64,000 bases of DNA, from contig CAVVHE010000004.1 in NCBI GenBank assembly GCA_963748015.1, forward strand, positions 32,001 to 96,000, written 5' to 3'. Source of the stretch: Terriglobia bacterium. GTDB lineage: Bacteria; Acidobacteriota; Polarisedimenticolia; Polarisedimenticolales; JAIQFR01. Under the pieces are notes generated by a model. It did not search any database, had not been told where the DNA came from, and was given only the letters and a program-made list of their open reading frames with translations. This document shows positions 28,894 through 40,109 of this stretch, piece after piece; the first letter of the stretch is position 1; each line of letters opens with the position of its first letter. Made by a program: the position numbers and the translations under genes.

Positions 28894-31869
28894 TCACGGA
28901 CCGGACGGCTTGAGGATCACGCCCTGGTTCTTCTTCCCGTTCATCTTCACCGTCAGCGCGTCGCGGAACCGGAGGTGGCGCACGAACTCCAGCTCCTCGA
29001 CCGCCGGCTGCTCGGACAGCCAGCTCCAGTCGACGAAGCCCTGGTCCGCGTCGGGATTCACGGTGAAGTACCCCACGCGGCTCGAGGTGATGTTCTGGAA
29101 GAAGTGCGTACCCTGCGAGGGAGTCACCTTGAAATCCTTGAAGCCGGACTCGACGATGACGCGCGCCGACGCGATCTGGTCCCAGGTGACGGGAATCCCG
29201 AGGAACGGGTCCGCCGAGCCCCAGCGGCCGACGCCGATCAGGAGGTACGAAAGCCCCGCGGAGGCGAGGGAGGCGTTGATCCTCGCCACCTCGCGGGCCA
29301 CGTCCCGGGAGCGGCCGCGGTCGAATCGGTGGTAGTCCACGACCACCACGTCCCTGATGTCCTCGATCCTGCCGTGTCCCAGGACCGCGGGGCTCGAGCA
29401 GAGGACCTGCGCCGTCTCCTCGCCGCCGATCGCGAGCTCGGCCATCTCGCGCGACAGAGCGAGCGGCCGCAGCTGCAGGAAGCCGAACTCCTTGGGCTCC
29501 CCGGGCGGCGTCGAGAGCCGTACGGCGAACTCGATCTCGACCGGGGTGCTGGTCCCGTCCTTCCCGATCTCGAGGAGGGCATCGAGGATCTCGGCGAGCG
29601 GGAACAGCCGGTGCTTCAGGATCGGCGCGAAATTCACCAAGCGCACGCCGGGCCGCGAGAGGCCGTCCGAGACCGCGTCGTTCTCGTGCGAGTAGGTGGA
29701 CCCGAGAAGGGACAGCGTCCCGTCCGCCTCGGCGGTCTCGAGGCTCAGGCGGCGCAGCTCGAACGCGTCGTGCCCCTCCTCGAGCCCGGAGTCGCGCAGG
29801 GTGAGCGCGTAGAACTCGCGCTGCGAATTCTGGAGGATGTCCCGCACCGACGAGAACTGCACCAGGTGGCGCGGATACCGCGGACAGAAGCGGATGCACG
29901 CCCCGCCGTCCGAGACGGTCTCTCCGAGCCCCAGCGCGACCGCGGCGATGCCGTCCTCCGTCGTCATCGGGGCGACCGGATAGAAGTTGTACGAGCGGGC
30001 GACGCCGGCGAAGTCCGGATAGAACCGGTCGCCGTGGACCGCGCCCACCACCTTCTGGAGGATCACCGCCATCTTCTCTTCCTCGAGGCGGTAGGGCGTG
30101 GTCCCGAGATAGGTCTTCGCGCGCGTCGAGAAAGTCGAGGCGTACACCCGCTTGATCGCGTCGATCAGCTGGCCGAGACGCACCTCGGTGTCGGGGTGGT
30201 TGTTCGGCAGCATGTACGTCTCGTAGATCCCCGCGAACGGCTGGTACTGCGAGTCCTCGAGGAGGCTCGAGGAGCGCACGGCCAGGGGATAGCGCACCTT
30301 TTTCAGGAGCGCGGCGAGGTCCTCGCGGTATCCCCCGGGGAAATCGGCCTCGAGGAACCGGCGGAGAACCTCGGCGTCGTCCACGGCGTTGATCGCGAAA
30401 TCCCCGAGCGCGTTCTCCTCGAGGAAGAGATCGAACACGTCGGTGGCCAGCACGACCGACGGCGGGACCGAGACGCGGACGTCCGGAAAACGGTCGCGGG
30501 CCCCGTGCTCGCTCAGCAGCAGGTTGACGAACGCGAGGCCGCGCGCCTTGCCCCCGAGCGATCCGCCGCCGATGCGGGAGAAACCCGAGTCGGGGTCGAA
30601 CGACTCGCGGTCGAAATCGGCGACGATGCCCTGCTTCAGGTCGTGCCGGTACTCCTGGATGGACCGGATCATGTCGGATCTCAAGTCCTCGAGGGTCGCG
30701 AAATCCGAGACCTTGCGGGGGCGCAGCCGGTGCGCGAGCGAGAACTCGGTCCTCGCCTTGAGCCAGTTGGAGAAGTGGTTCCTCTCCCCGTGGAACCCGA
30801 GGCTCTCGACCGGAACGGTCTGGAGCTTCTCCTCGAGCTCCTTCAGATCGTGGGCTCGGTCCACCTCGGTGCCGTCCGGCAGCCGGAAGACGAAGTCGCC
30901 GAAGTTGAAGTTCTCCACCATGAAGCGGCGGAGCTGCTGGAGGAACGTCGGCGAGCCCTTGACGAGGAACGACGCCCCGGCCTCCTCGGCGAGGACCGCG
31001 TTCTCGCGATGGCTCGACTGCAGCATGATCGGGATGTCGGGCTGCACCGCGCGGACGCGGCGGGCCAGCTCCGCGCCGGCCTCCCTCTCTAGGCGGCCGT
31101 CCTTCGGGAACTCCACGTCGGAGATGATGCCCAGGACGTTCTCCCCGTACGACTCGAAGTAGGACCACGCCTCCTCGTAGGTCGAGCAGAGGAGGATCTT
31201 CGGGCGAGCCTGGATGCGCATCAGCTTGTGGGAGAGGTTGATCCCCTCCGGAACCAGGCTGTGCGAATGGTCCATGATCTCGGTGTAGATGACCGGGAGG
31301 AACGAGGAGTAGAAGCGGACGTTGTCCTCCACGACCAGGATCACCTGGACGCCCATCACGCCCGAGTCGTGCTCGACGTTCATCCGGTCCTCGACGTACT
31401 TGACGATCGCCAGCAGGATCCTCACGTCCCCCTGCCAGAGAAAGATCCTGTCGATCTCCGATACGTCGTTCCGCTTGACGAAGTCGCTCATCTCGCGGCT
31501 GTCGTACGCCAGCAGGACCACCGGGACGTCGAGCCCGGCCTCCTTGACCTTCCGCGCGAGCGTCAGGGCGTCCATGTCGCCGAGGTGCATCGAGGTGATG
31601 ATCAGGTTGTAGCGCGGCTCTTGCCTGGCGAGGGCGACCGCCTGGGCGCCGGACGACACGCGGGTGAGCCCCGGGGTGTGCCGCAGGTTCAGCTCGAGGA
31701 ACTCGCTCAGGATCAGCTCGTTCAGCTGGCCGTCCTCGGCCAGGATGAACGAATCGTAGAGGCTCGAGACGAGGAGTATGTCCTCGACACGGCGCCGCAT
31801 GAGGTGCTGGAACCCTTGTGCCCGCGCCCAGAGCGCGAGCGCCGCCGGATCCGGCTTGGCTTCATCCAT
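28894..31869 (-). CDS. PPDK-like ATP-grasp protein with N-terminal receiver-like domains
   Basis: LMRRRVEDILLVSSLYD, VILVVEDN...IISDVEFP...LQSS...LVK; core LGGKARGL, VRSSSLLEDS, LQLRP, GRWGS, SQGTHFF. Confidence 0.87.
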   Translation of the reverse strand: MDEAKPDPAALALWARAQGFQHLMRRRVEDILLVSSLYDSFILAEDGQLNELILSEFLELNLRHTPGLTRVSSGAQAVALARQEPRYNLIITSMHLGDMDALTLARKVKEAGLDVPVVLLAYDSREMSDFVKRNDVSEIDRIFLWQGDVRILLAIVKYVEDRMNVEHDSGVMGVQVILVVEDNVRFYSSFLPVIYTEIMDHSHSLVPEGINLSHKLMRIQARPKILLCSTYEEAWSYFESYGENVLGIISDVEFPKDGRLEREAGAELARRVRAVQPDIPIMLQSSHRENAVLAEEAGASFLVKGSPTFLQQLRRFMVENFNFGDFVFRLPDGTEVDRAHDLKELEEKLQTVPVESLGFHGERNHFSNWLKARTEFSLAHRLRPRKVSDFATLEDLRSDMIRSIQEYRHDLKQGIVADFDRESFDPDSGFSRIGGGSLGGKARGLAFVNLLLSEHGARDRFPDVRVSVPPSVVLATDVFDLFLEENALGDFAINAVDDAEVLRRFLEADFPGGYREDLAALLKKVRYPLAVRSSSLLEDSQYQPFAGIYETYMLPNNHPDTEVRLGQLIDAIKRVYASTFSTRAKTYLGTTPYRLEEEKMAVILQKVVGAVHGDRFYPDFAGVARSYNFYPVAPMTTEDGIAAVALGLGETVSDGGACIRFCPRYPRHLVQFSSVRDILQNSQREFYALTLRDSGLEEGHDAFELRRLSLETAEADGTLSLLGSTYSHENDAVSDGLSRPGVRLVNFAPILKHRLFPLAEILDALLEIGKDGTSTPVEIEFAVRLSTPPGEPKEFGFLQLRPLALSREMAELAIGGEETAQVLCSSPAVLGHGRIEDIRDVVVVDYHRFDRGRSRDVAREVARINASLASAGLSYLLIGVGRWGSADPFLGIPVTWDQIASARVIVESGFKDFKVTPSQGTHFFQNITSSRVGYFTVNPDADQGFVDWSWLSEQPAVEELEFVRHLRFRDALTVKMNGKKNQGVILKPSGP

Positions 31870-32031
31870 CGTGCCCCCGATCGGGGAGTCGCGCGGGACG
31901 GTGCGTCCCGGAGCCGTCATTCTACAAAGTCGGGAGAGGAATTTCCGCCCCGAAAGGGTTTCCGACGAGCGGCAGAATCTCGCCCTCCCCGATGTCGCCG
32001 TCCTGCCGTCCACGGCCGGGTCCGCCGGCGG

Positions 32032-32319
32032 CTAGGTCGCGAGCTCCCGCTTGTCCCGGAGGCGCCGCCAGGCCTCGGAATCCGCGGGCCGCACCCAGTC
32101 CCAGCCGATGCGCGCCCAGTCGGGGTCCACGGGATCGAGCCCGAGCTCGCGGACCCCTTCGGCCAGCGTCACGAAGAACTGGGTTCCGTAAGGGAACAGG
32201 TAACCGCCTTCCGCGTCGAGCGATGCCCGGGCGGCCTCGTACGCCGTGAACCAGCGGCTCACGACGGCGTCCATGCTCGGGACCCACATCGACGTGTCCT
32301 TGGCACCAGATTCCGTCAA
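32032..32319 (-). CDS. Small hypothetical protein
   Basis: TTG start after GGAGGGAG; protein-like composition (GGYLFPY...ELGLDPVDPDWARIGWDWVRP). Confidence 0.55.
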   Translation of the reverse strand: MTESGAKDTSMWVPSMDAVVSRWFTAYEAARASLDAEGGYLFPYGTQFFVTLAEGVRELGLDPVDPDWARIGWDWVRPADSEAWRRLRDKRELAT

Positions 32320-32365
32320 CTCGATCTCCCTCCATTCCGCCGAGCGATCCGGGCCCGGCCGCCGG

Positions 32366-32403
32366 AAACAAAACGGCGCGGGAGGATCGCTCCCCCCGCG
32401 CCG
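32366..32403 (-). terminator. Rho-independent terminator downstream of gdhA
   Basis: Minus strand CGGCGCGGGGGG-agcgat-CCTCCCGCGCCG-TTTTGTTT. Confidence 0.8.
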
Positions 32404-32424
32404 CCGGAACGGTCGGAAACCGGA

Positions 32425-34608
<2,184 letters not shown>

Positions 34609-34614
34609 CTACCG

Positions 34615-36414
34615 CTAGGGCAGGGGAGCGTCGGCTTCGGACGCCCTGCCGCCGTCCTGAAGCAGCTGCACCGCCAAGCCCGCGGTCGCCGGTTCCGGGC
34701 CGTTTCCGCTGGCCGCCGCACGGAGCGGCGGGATGAAGCCATGCAAGGGCTCGTCCAGCCGGGAAACCGATAGGTCCCGGCCGTCGAGCGACGCGAGGAA
34801 CTCCGGTTCGGCCGAGAGCCCGAGGAGGTCGAGGAACGTCGGAAGCAGGTCGATCAGCCTCGACCCGGCGAGAGAGGCGCCGGGGCGGACCCTCGGCCCC
34901 ACGATCAGGAGCGACGTCTCGATCGAGTCCCTGCGCAGACCCCCGTGGTCACCCTTGGTGTGACGCAGGAACGACCAGCCGGCGGCGGAGGTGAGGACGA
35001 GGTCTCCCTGCGTCGGCCCCGACGCGCAACCCTTGAGCACCAGCGGGACGGCCGCGGGGTAGGTCGTCGCCTCGGTGGCGAGGTGCCACTCGTTGAAGGA
35101 ATGGAACGCGGAGAGCGGTACCGGACCGTCGAGCGGCCCCTCGACGACGACCGCAAGCGCCGAAGCGGAGGGATCGCCGAGGTACCCCAGCGGGTCCTCC
35201 CCGGCTCCGGGGCCGACGAGATAGGCGAAGCGGCGGCTCTCGCCGCTGCCGTGCTGCACGAGCACGGCGGTCCGGCGCCCGTGCGCGCGCAGCTCGAGAC
35301 GGTCGGGAGCGAGCCGGCGGATGACGAACTCCACCCCCGGCGAGCCGGCAAGAAGTCCGGCGACCGTCTCGGTCTCGGTGGGACCGGCGGGGCCCTCCCC
35401 CCACGAGCCGTCGGCGCGGCGGAGGTAGATCTGCGTGACGTTCGAGCCGCCCGGCGCGAGAACTACGTCGGGCTTCTCGGCCCAGCGGCGCGAGAGCTTC
35501 TCGCGGATCGCGACCTGGAACACCGTGCCGAGATCCACGACCTTGAGCCCCTCGGGCTTCAGCGATTCGCGGAGGTCCACGAAGCGCTCGCTCGATTCCA
35601 TGCCGTGGTCGCCGAAGATCGCGAAGGTGGTGCCGTCGAGATAGGAGCCGCCGCCCGAGAGAGGGTACCGGTCCATCCAATCGAGCAGCTCTTCCTGCAG
35701 CAGCCGGTCGAGGTCCATGAGGGCGTCCTCGTACCGCTTGGATTCCGGCGAGCGCAGGTGACCGGCGAGGTCGACGGAATTCAGCACCAGGAAGGCCGCG
35801 CGGGGAGGAACCCCGCGAACCTCCACCATCCGGCGGAACTGCCTCAGGAGCGAGCGATCGGGGTTGTAGACCGGAAGCCGGAGCGCCTCGAGGATGCCTC
35901 CCCAGATCAGCTCGCGCCGCGAGGAGAAGCTGACGCTCCCGCCGAAGTGCCCTTCGAAGAGGCTGTAGGTGGTCTCGCTACGGGAATCGAGAAGGGTGAA
36001 CAGCGTCGGCGTGTCGTCCTCCCACGCGGCGGGCTCCAGGCTGTACCGGCGCGCGGTCCCCGACTCGCGGTCGAACGCGTGGATCGCGCGGGGCATGGCC
36101 GCGGTCCTGTCGGCGTAGCGGCCGGTGAGGAACTCGGGGACCGACGGGGCGGTGGACGACGGGAACGACGCGAGAGCGCGCCCGAGCGCCGCGGGATGCC
36201 GCGCCGTGAGCCGGGCGATGGCCGGGAGCCGGCCGGTGGCCAGGAGCCTCTCGAAGACCTCGGCGCGGAGGCCGTCCACGCAGAGGACCAGGAGGCGGGG
36301 CCGCTCCGAGGCAAGTACGGGAGCCGCGGCCAGCGCCGCGAGCAGGACCGGCAGCACGGCCAACGCGGCGACCGTCCTGCGGTGGCGCACGTGTTTCTCG
36401 ACGCGATCTCTCAT
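34615..36414 (-). CDS. Secreted alkaline phosphatase superfamily protein (nucleotide pyrophosphatase/phosphodiesterase-like)
   Basis: Signal peptide, CVDGL, FPSSTAP, DLAGH, GDHG, GDHGG, DLLPT. Confidence 0.85.
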   Translation of the reverse strand: MRDRVEKHVRHRRTVAALAVLPVLLAALAAAPVLASERPRLLVLCVDGLRAEVFERLLATGRLPAIARLTARHPAALGRALASFPSSTAPSVPEFLTGRYADRTAAMPRAIHAFDRESGTARRYSLEPAAWEDDTPTLFTLLDSRSETTYSLFEGHFGGSVSFSSRRELIWGGILEALRLPVYNPDRSLLRQFRRMVEVRGVPPRAAFLVLNSVDLAGHLRSPESKRYEDALMDLDRLLQEELLDWMDRYPLSGGGSYLDGTTFAIFGDHGMESSERFVDLRESLKPEGLKVVDLGTVFQVAIREKLSRRWAEKPDVVLAPGGSNVTQIYLRRADGSWGEGPAGPTETETVAGLLAGSPGVEFVIRRLAPDRLELRAHGRRTAVLVQHGSGESRRFAYLVGPGAGEDPLGYLGDPSASALAVVVEGPLDGPVPLSAFHSFNEWHLATEATTYPAAVPLVLKGCASGPTQGDLVLTSAAGWSFLRHTKGDHGGLRRDSIETSLLIVGPRVRPGASLAGSRLIDLLPTFLDLLGLSAEPEFLASLDGRDLSVSRLDEPLHGFIPPLRAAASGNGPEPATAGLAVQLLQDGGRASEADAPLP

Positions 36415-36434
36415 GCCCTTGCTTTTCCCCTTCG

Positions 36435-37456
36435 CTACGGACGGATCAGCCTCAGCGCGTCGCCCCCGTGCCTCGCCATCATGAAGAACGAGACGAGCAA
36501 GACCACGACGGCGACCAGCGCGAGCGCCTCCCACAATAGCGCGGTGGCACGATTCCGGAAAGGGCCGGGGGGCATCACGAGGCCGAGGAGGCATCCTCCC
36601 GCGAAGCCCCCCGCGTGGGACAGGAGGTCCACGCCGGGCAGCAGGCTGAAGATGAAGATGTACAACAGGTACCGCGTCATCGCGGAACGGATGTTCTGTC
36701 CGAAGACGCCGCCGCGACGGAAGCCGTAAACGAGGAGCAGACCCATCAGGCCGAGGATCGCGCTCGACGCGCCGACCGTCGGCCGCGCCCCGAAATACTG
36801 GCTCGCGAGGTTTCCGGTGATCCCGCTGAAGAGGTACGCGAGGAAGAACCTCTCGGTCCCGTACTCCTCCTCGACGAGCGGACCGAGCTGCAGCAGCACC
36901 ATCGAGTTGAAGACGATGTGGAGCACGCCCCCGTGGAGGAAGACCGGCGTCACCAGGCGCCACCATTCCCCGAGCTCGAACGTGAAGGGGCCGAACCCCG
37001 CCCCGTAGCGGAGTAGCGTGAGCACGTCGAGTCCTGGAGGAGCCGCGCCGCCCCGGCGGGGCCTCCGTCTCCCGGGCCGGCGGCCGGCGCCAGCAGCGTC
37101 AGGAGGAAGAGCAGGCCGTTCACCAGGAAGATCAGTCCGGTGACCGCGGTCGCCCCGGGAAGCACGTTCGCGACGAGGCGGCCTATCCCCGGCGCGCGAA
37201 CGCTCGCGAGCCCCCGCCCGCACTCGGTGCAGGTCCAGGCCGATTTCGGGACGAGCGCGCGGCAGGAAGGGCACATCTTGAACTGCATGCGGGCCGTGCG
37301 GGCGAGGACCTCCGCCCGGAGGCTCGCCTCGCCGAGATCCCTGCGCCGGGCGTTCCACCGCCATCGCAGGCGGGTTCCGTTGAACCCGAGGGCGTCGAGT
37401 CCCCTGGCGACGAGATCCACCATGCGATCGAGCAGTCCCGGCGACGATCCGTTCAA
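36435..37456 (-). pseudogene. Rhomboid intramembrane serine protease with N-terminal zinc ribbon, split by a frameshift near 37033
   Basis: One frame has CPSC..CTEC and a TM segment; the other has EWWRLVT, HGGVLHIVFN, VGASS, HAGG. One missing G (CAG G[G]A CTC) would join them. Confidence 0.8.
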
Positions 37457-37507
37457 CCCTGCCTCCGGCTCTCGCTCCCCGCACGTCCGCGCGGAGCGGC
37501 CCTCATT

Positions 37508-37921
37508 CTACAGTCGGAGACGCGCGAGCACCGATGCGGCCGCGGCGGCCGCGAGCAGTGCCGCGGCGAAGCCGCCGGACGGCCGGGGCTTGCCGGAGAG
37601 ACCCGCGAGGAGTCCGGTCGCGCCCGCGCCGAGCGCCGCCGCGACGGCAACCGCGGCCAGCGCGGTCGCCGCGGGATCGCCGCCCAAGAGCGATTGCCTC
37701 CCCGCGGCGGGCAGTCCCAGCAGCAGGAGCACCGCGGCCGGCACCTCGATCAGCGTCCCGGCGGCCATCCACAGCCCGGCCCGGCGGGCGAGCGCCCTTG
37801 CTCCCGGCACCAGGCCTCGGCGCTCGAGCGAGCCCGCCTGGAGGAGCAACGCGCAGGCGATCGTCGTGACGGCGGCGGCCGCCGCCAGCGCGATCGAGGC
37901 CGAGGTCGAGACGGTCGGCAC
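37508..37921 (-). CDS. Small hydrophobic membrane protein
   Basis: Ala/Leu-rich ORF with about four TM stretches filling the gap between co-oriented genes. Confidence 0.5.
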   Translation of the reverse strand: MPTVSTSASIALAAAAAVTTIACALLLQAGSLERRGLVPGARALARRAGLWMAAGTLIEVPAAVLLLLGLPAAGRQSLLGGDPAATALAAVAVAAALGAGATGLLAGLSGKPRPSGGFAAALLAAAAAASVLARLRL

Positions 37922-37928
37922 GGCGGCG

Positions 37929-40109
37929 CTACGGTGCGGGGACCGGGTCCTGAGCCTTGAACACCACGAAGGAGCGGTCCCGGCGCGCGAGCTCGATCCC
38001 CTCGGCGACGGCCTTGATCTCGTACAGGAACCGCCCGGCGCCGAACGTGTTCGAGGGGACGACGTCGCGGACCTGCGCGCAGAGCTCCTTGCGAAGGTCG
38101 AGGTCGAGCGGGGTCAGCCGCATGACCTCCTCCCCGACGAGGCGGCGCTCCGCCCGGATGGTGGTGGGGCCGTCCTCCGCGCGGCAGACGAGCGACACGA
38201 TGGCGGCGGGGTGGTCGGCGCGCAGCGGCTGGGTCTCGGAGCGTGCGAGGGACCCGCTCGTGCGGTTCTCGGGCCCCCTGACGAAGGCGCCGGACATCGG
38301 CTCGAGGACCGCGATCGGGCCGATCGTCGCCGCCTTCCCCACCTCGGGCCATTCGCCCTCGATGCGCCGCGTGACGATCGCTCCCGTAGAGGTGTCCCGC
38401 GCGACCGCGACGACCTCGTACGGCCCGGAGCGGAAGCGTTCCACGCGCTCGAGGACGATCGGGATGCCGGTGACGTTGGTCGCGATCTTCCGCTTCGCGA
38501 TCTCGCGGGCCGAGCCTCCCTGCACGAGGGTCGCGCCGATCTCCCAGCTTCCCCTCGGGACCGTCGACGACGGCACCGCGAGCTGCACGAGGGCCGAGTA
38601 CCGGCTGCCGTCGTAACCGGTCGGGATCACCGCAGCGGACATCCTGCCGTCCTCGCTCTCGCCGCGCCGGGCGAACGCCGCGGCGAGCCGGGAAGCCTGT
38701 CGGGCCGACTCGCTCTGCACGACGATCTGGCCCCGGACCTGGACGGCGAGACCCGGCCGGCTCACGGCGACGCGGACGGGGAGGGGAAGGTCCTGCGCGA
38801 GCTTTTCCGGCGAGAAGCTGACGAGGTAGAGGCACGACAGGTCGCCGAGGATGTCGGCCGCCATCCGCTCCGCGGGCACGCCGTTCAGGAACGCCTGTCC
38901 GCCGGTCTCGAGCGCCAGGGCCTTGAGCGTGTCCTGCGCGTCCCGCACGCGGGTGGACGACGGCGCGAGCCCCTCGGCCTGAACCGAGTAGAAGCGGACC
39001 CCCTGGGAGGCGGCTTCCCTGAGCACGGCGTCGAACGCGGACTGCGCGCTGGTTCCCGCCGCCACGTCGAGCCCGGCGCGGGTTCGCCCGATCCCCAGCT
39101 CTCCCGGCCCGGAATCGGAGATCGCGCCGCGATCGGTGAACATGAGGCCGAAGTGCGCGCCCGCGTTGCGGCGGGCGGTGTCGGCGAAGTAGACCATGAT
39201 CCTCGGCGGTTCCGTCTCGGCGAGACCGGCGATGGCCGACGCGAGGCGCTTGAAGTCGTCCGCCGTCTCCAGGTCCTCGTCGCGCTCGAACTGCCGGGCG
39301 AGGCTCGCGAGCTCGGCCCACGCGTTGTCGTTGACCGCGTTGAACAGCTGGGTGCGGTCGCCGGACGATTCCTTGCCGTCCCTCCCCGGAGAGGCGTCCC
39401 AGAACAACCGCTGCCATCTCACGTTCGAGCCGAGCGCGTTGGCGCCTTGCCTCGCGGAGTCCAACCCGTCGCTCCCCGCGGTGACCGCCTTGATCACGTC
39501 GCTACCGGCCTTGATCTCCTCCCGCTGCCGGATGAGCGTGGATTCCATCTCGGCGACCCGTAGCTCCTCCTGGACCACGGACGGGTCGTTCTGCTCGGGA
39601 TCGTTTTCCACCGCGGCGATGGCGCTCAGCAACTCCTGGGGATTCGACGTCAGCTCCGCGAAGACCCGGAGCCTCCGCGCGCTCGACACCACCATTCCCC
39701 GGCTCCCGCCGGCGACCAGCCTCGGCACCATCCCCCTGGCTGCGTCGAGTGCCAATCGGCGTCCCGGCGGGGAAAGGTGGCGCTGGTCGAAGTAGAAGAG
39801 GTAGTTCAGGGGGCGCGGCGCCGGGGCGTCCGGGGCGGGCTCCGCGCCGAGCGGGGCGCACACCGCGTCGAGATCGAACGTCTCGATCCGCCGGTGCCCG
39901 ACCCAGACCTCGAAATCGGCGGGGGTCAGGCGGGACGCCGCGTCCCGCGGACCCGTGATGGTCACGTCCAGCTGCGCCAGGTGCGCTCCGGCCTTCTCGA
40001 CGAGGCCGATGCTCCGCGGCTTCGGCTCGGGAGGCGGCTCGGCGGCGCCTCCCAAGGGCACGAGCGCCGCGAGCGCGAGCGGCAGGAGCGGCGTTCCGCG
40101 GATTCTCAA
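37929..40109 (-). CDS. Secreted VWA-like domain protein, paralog 2
   Basis: TTG start overlaps the upstream TGA; signal peptide; IGLVEKA, YLFYFDQRHL, ALETGGQAFLN shared with the upstream paralog. Confidence 0.75.
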   Translation of the reverse strand: MRIRGTPLLPLALAALVPLGGAAEPPPEPKPRSIGLVEKAGAHLAQLDVTITGPRDAASRLTPADFEVWVGHRRIETFDLDAVCAPLGAEPAPDAPAPRPLNYLFYFDQRHLSPPGRRLALDAARGMVPRLVAGGSRGMVVSSARRLRVFAELTSNPQELLSAIAAVENDPEQNDPSVVQEELRVAEMESTLIRQREEIKAGSDVIKAVTAGSDGLDSARQGANALGSNVRWQRLFWDASPGRDGKESSGDRTQLFNAVNDNAWAELASLARQFERDEDLETADDFKRLASAIAGLAETEPPRIMVYFADTARRNAGAHFGLMFTDRGAISDSGPGELGIGRTRAGLDVAAGTSAQSAFDAVLREAASQGVRFYSVQAEGLAPSSTRVRDAQDTLKALALETGGQAFLNGVPAERMAADILGDLSCLYLVSFSPEKLAQDLPLPVRVAVSRPGLAVQVRGQIVVQSESARQASRLAAAFARRGESEDGRMSAAVIPTGYDGSRYSALVQLAVPSSTVPRGSWEIGATLVQGGSAREIAKRKIATNVTGIPIVLERVERFRSGPYEVVAVARDTSTGAIVTRRIEGEWPEVGKAATIGPIAVLEPMSGAFVRGPENRTSGSLARSETQPLRADHPAAIVSLVCRAEDGPTTIRAERRLVGEEVMRLTPLDLDLRKELCAQVRDVVPSNTFGAGRFLYEIKAVAEGIELARRDRSFVVFKAQDPVPAP

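Noticed and set aside
22865..31869. Calling the three ATP-grasp proteins PEP synthase or pyruvate phosphate dikinase (ppsA/ppdK)
   Set aside because: No C-terminal pyruvate-binding TIM barrel motifs are present.
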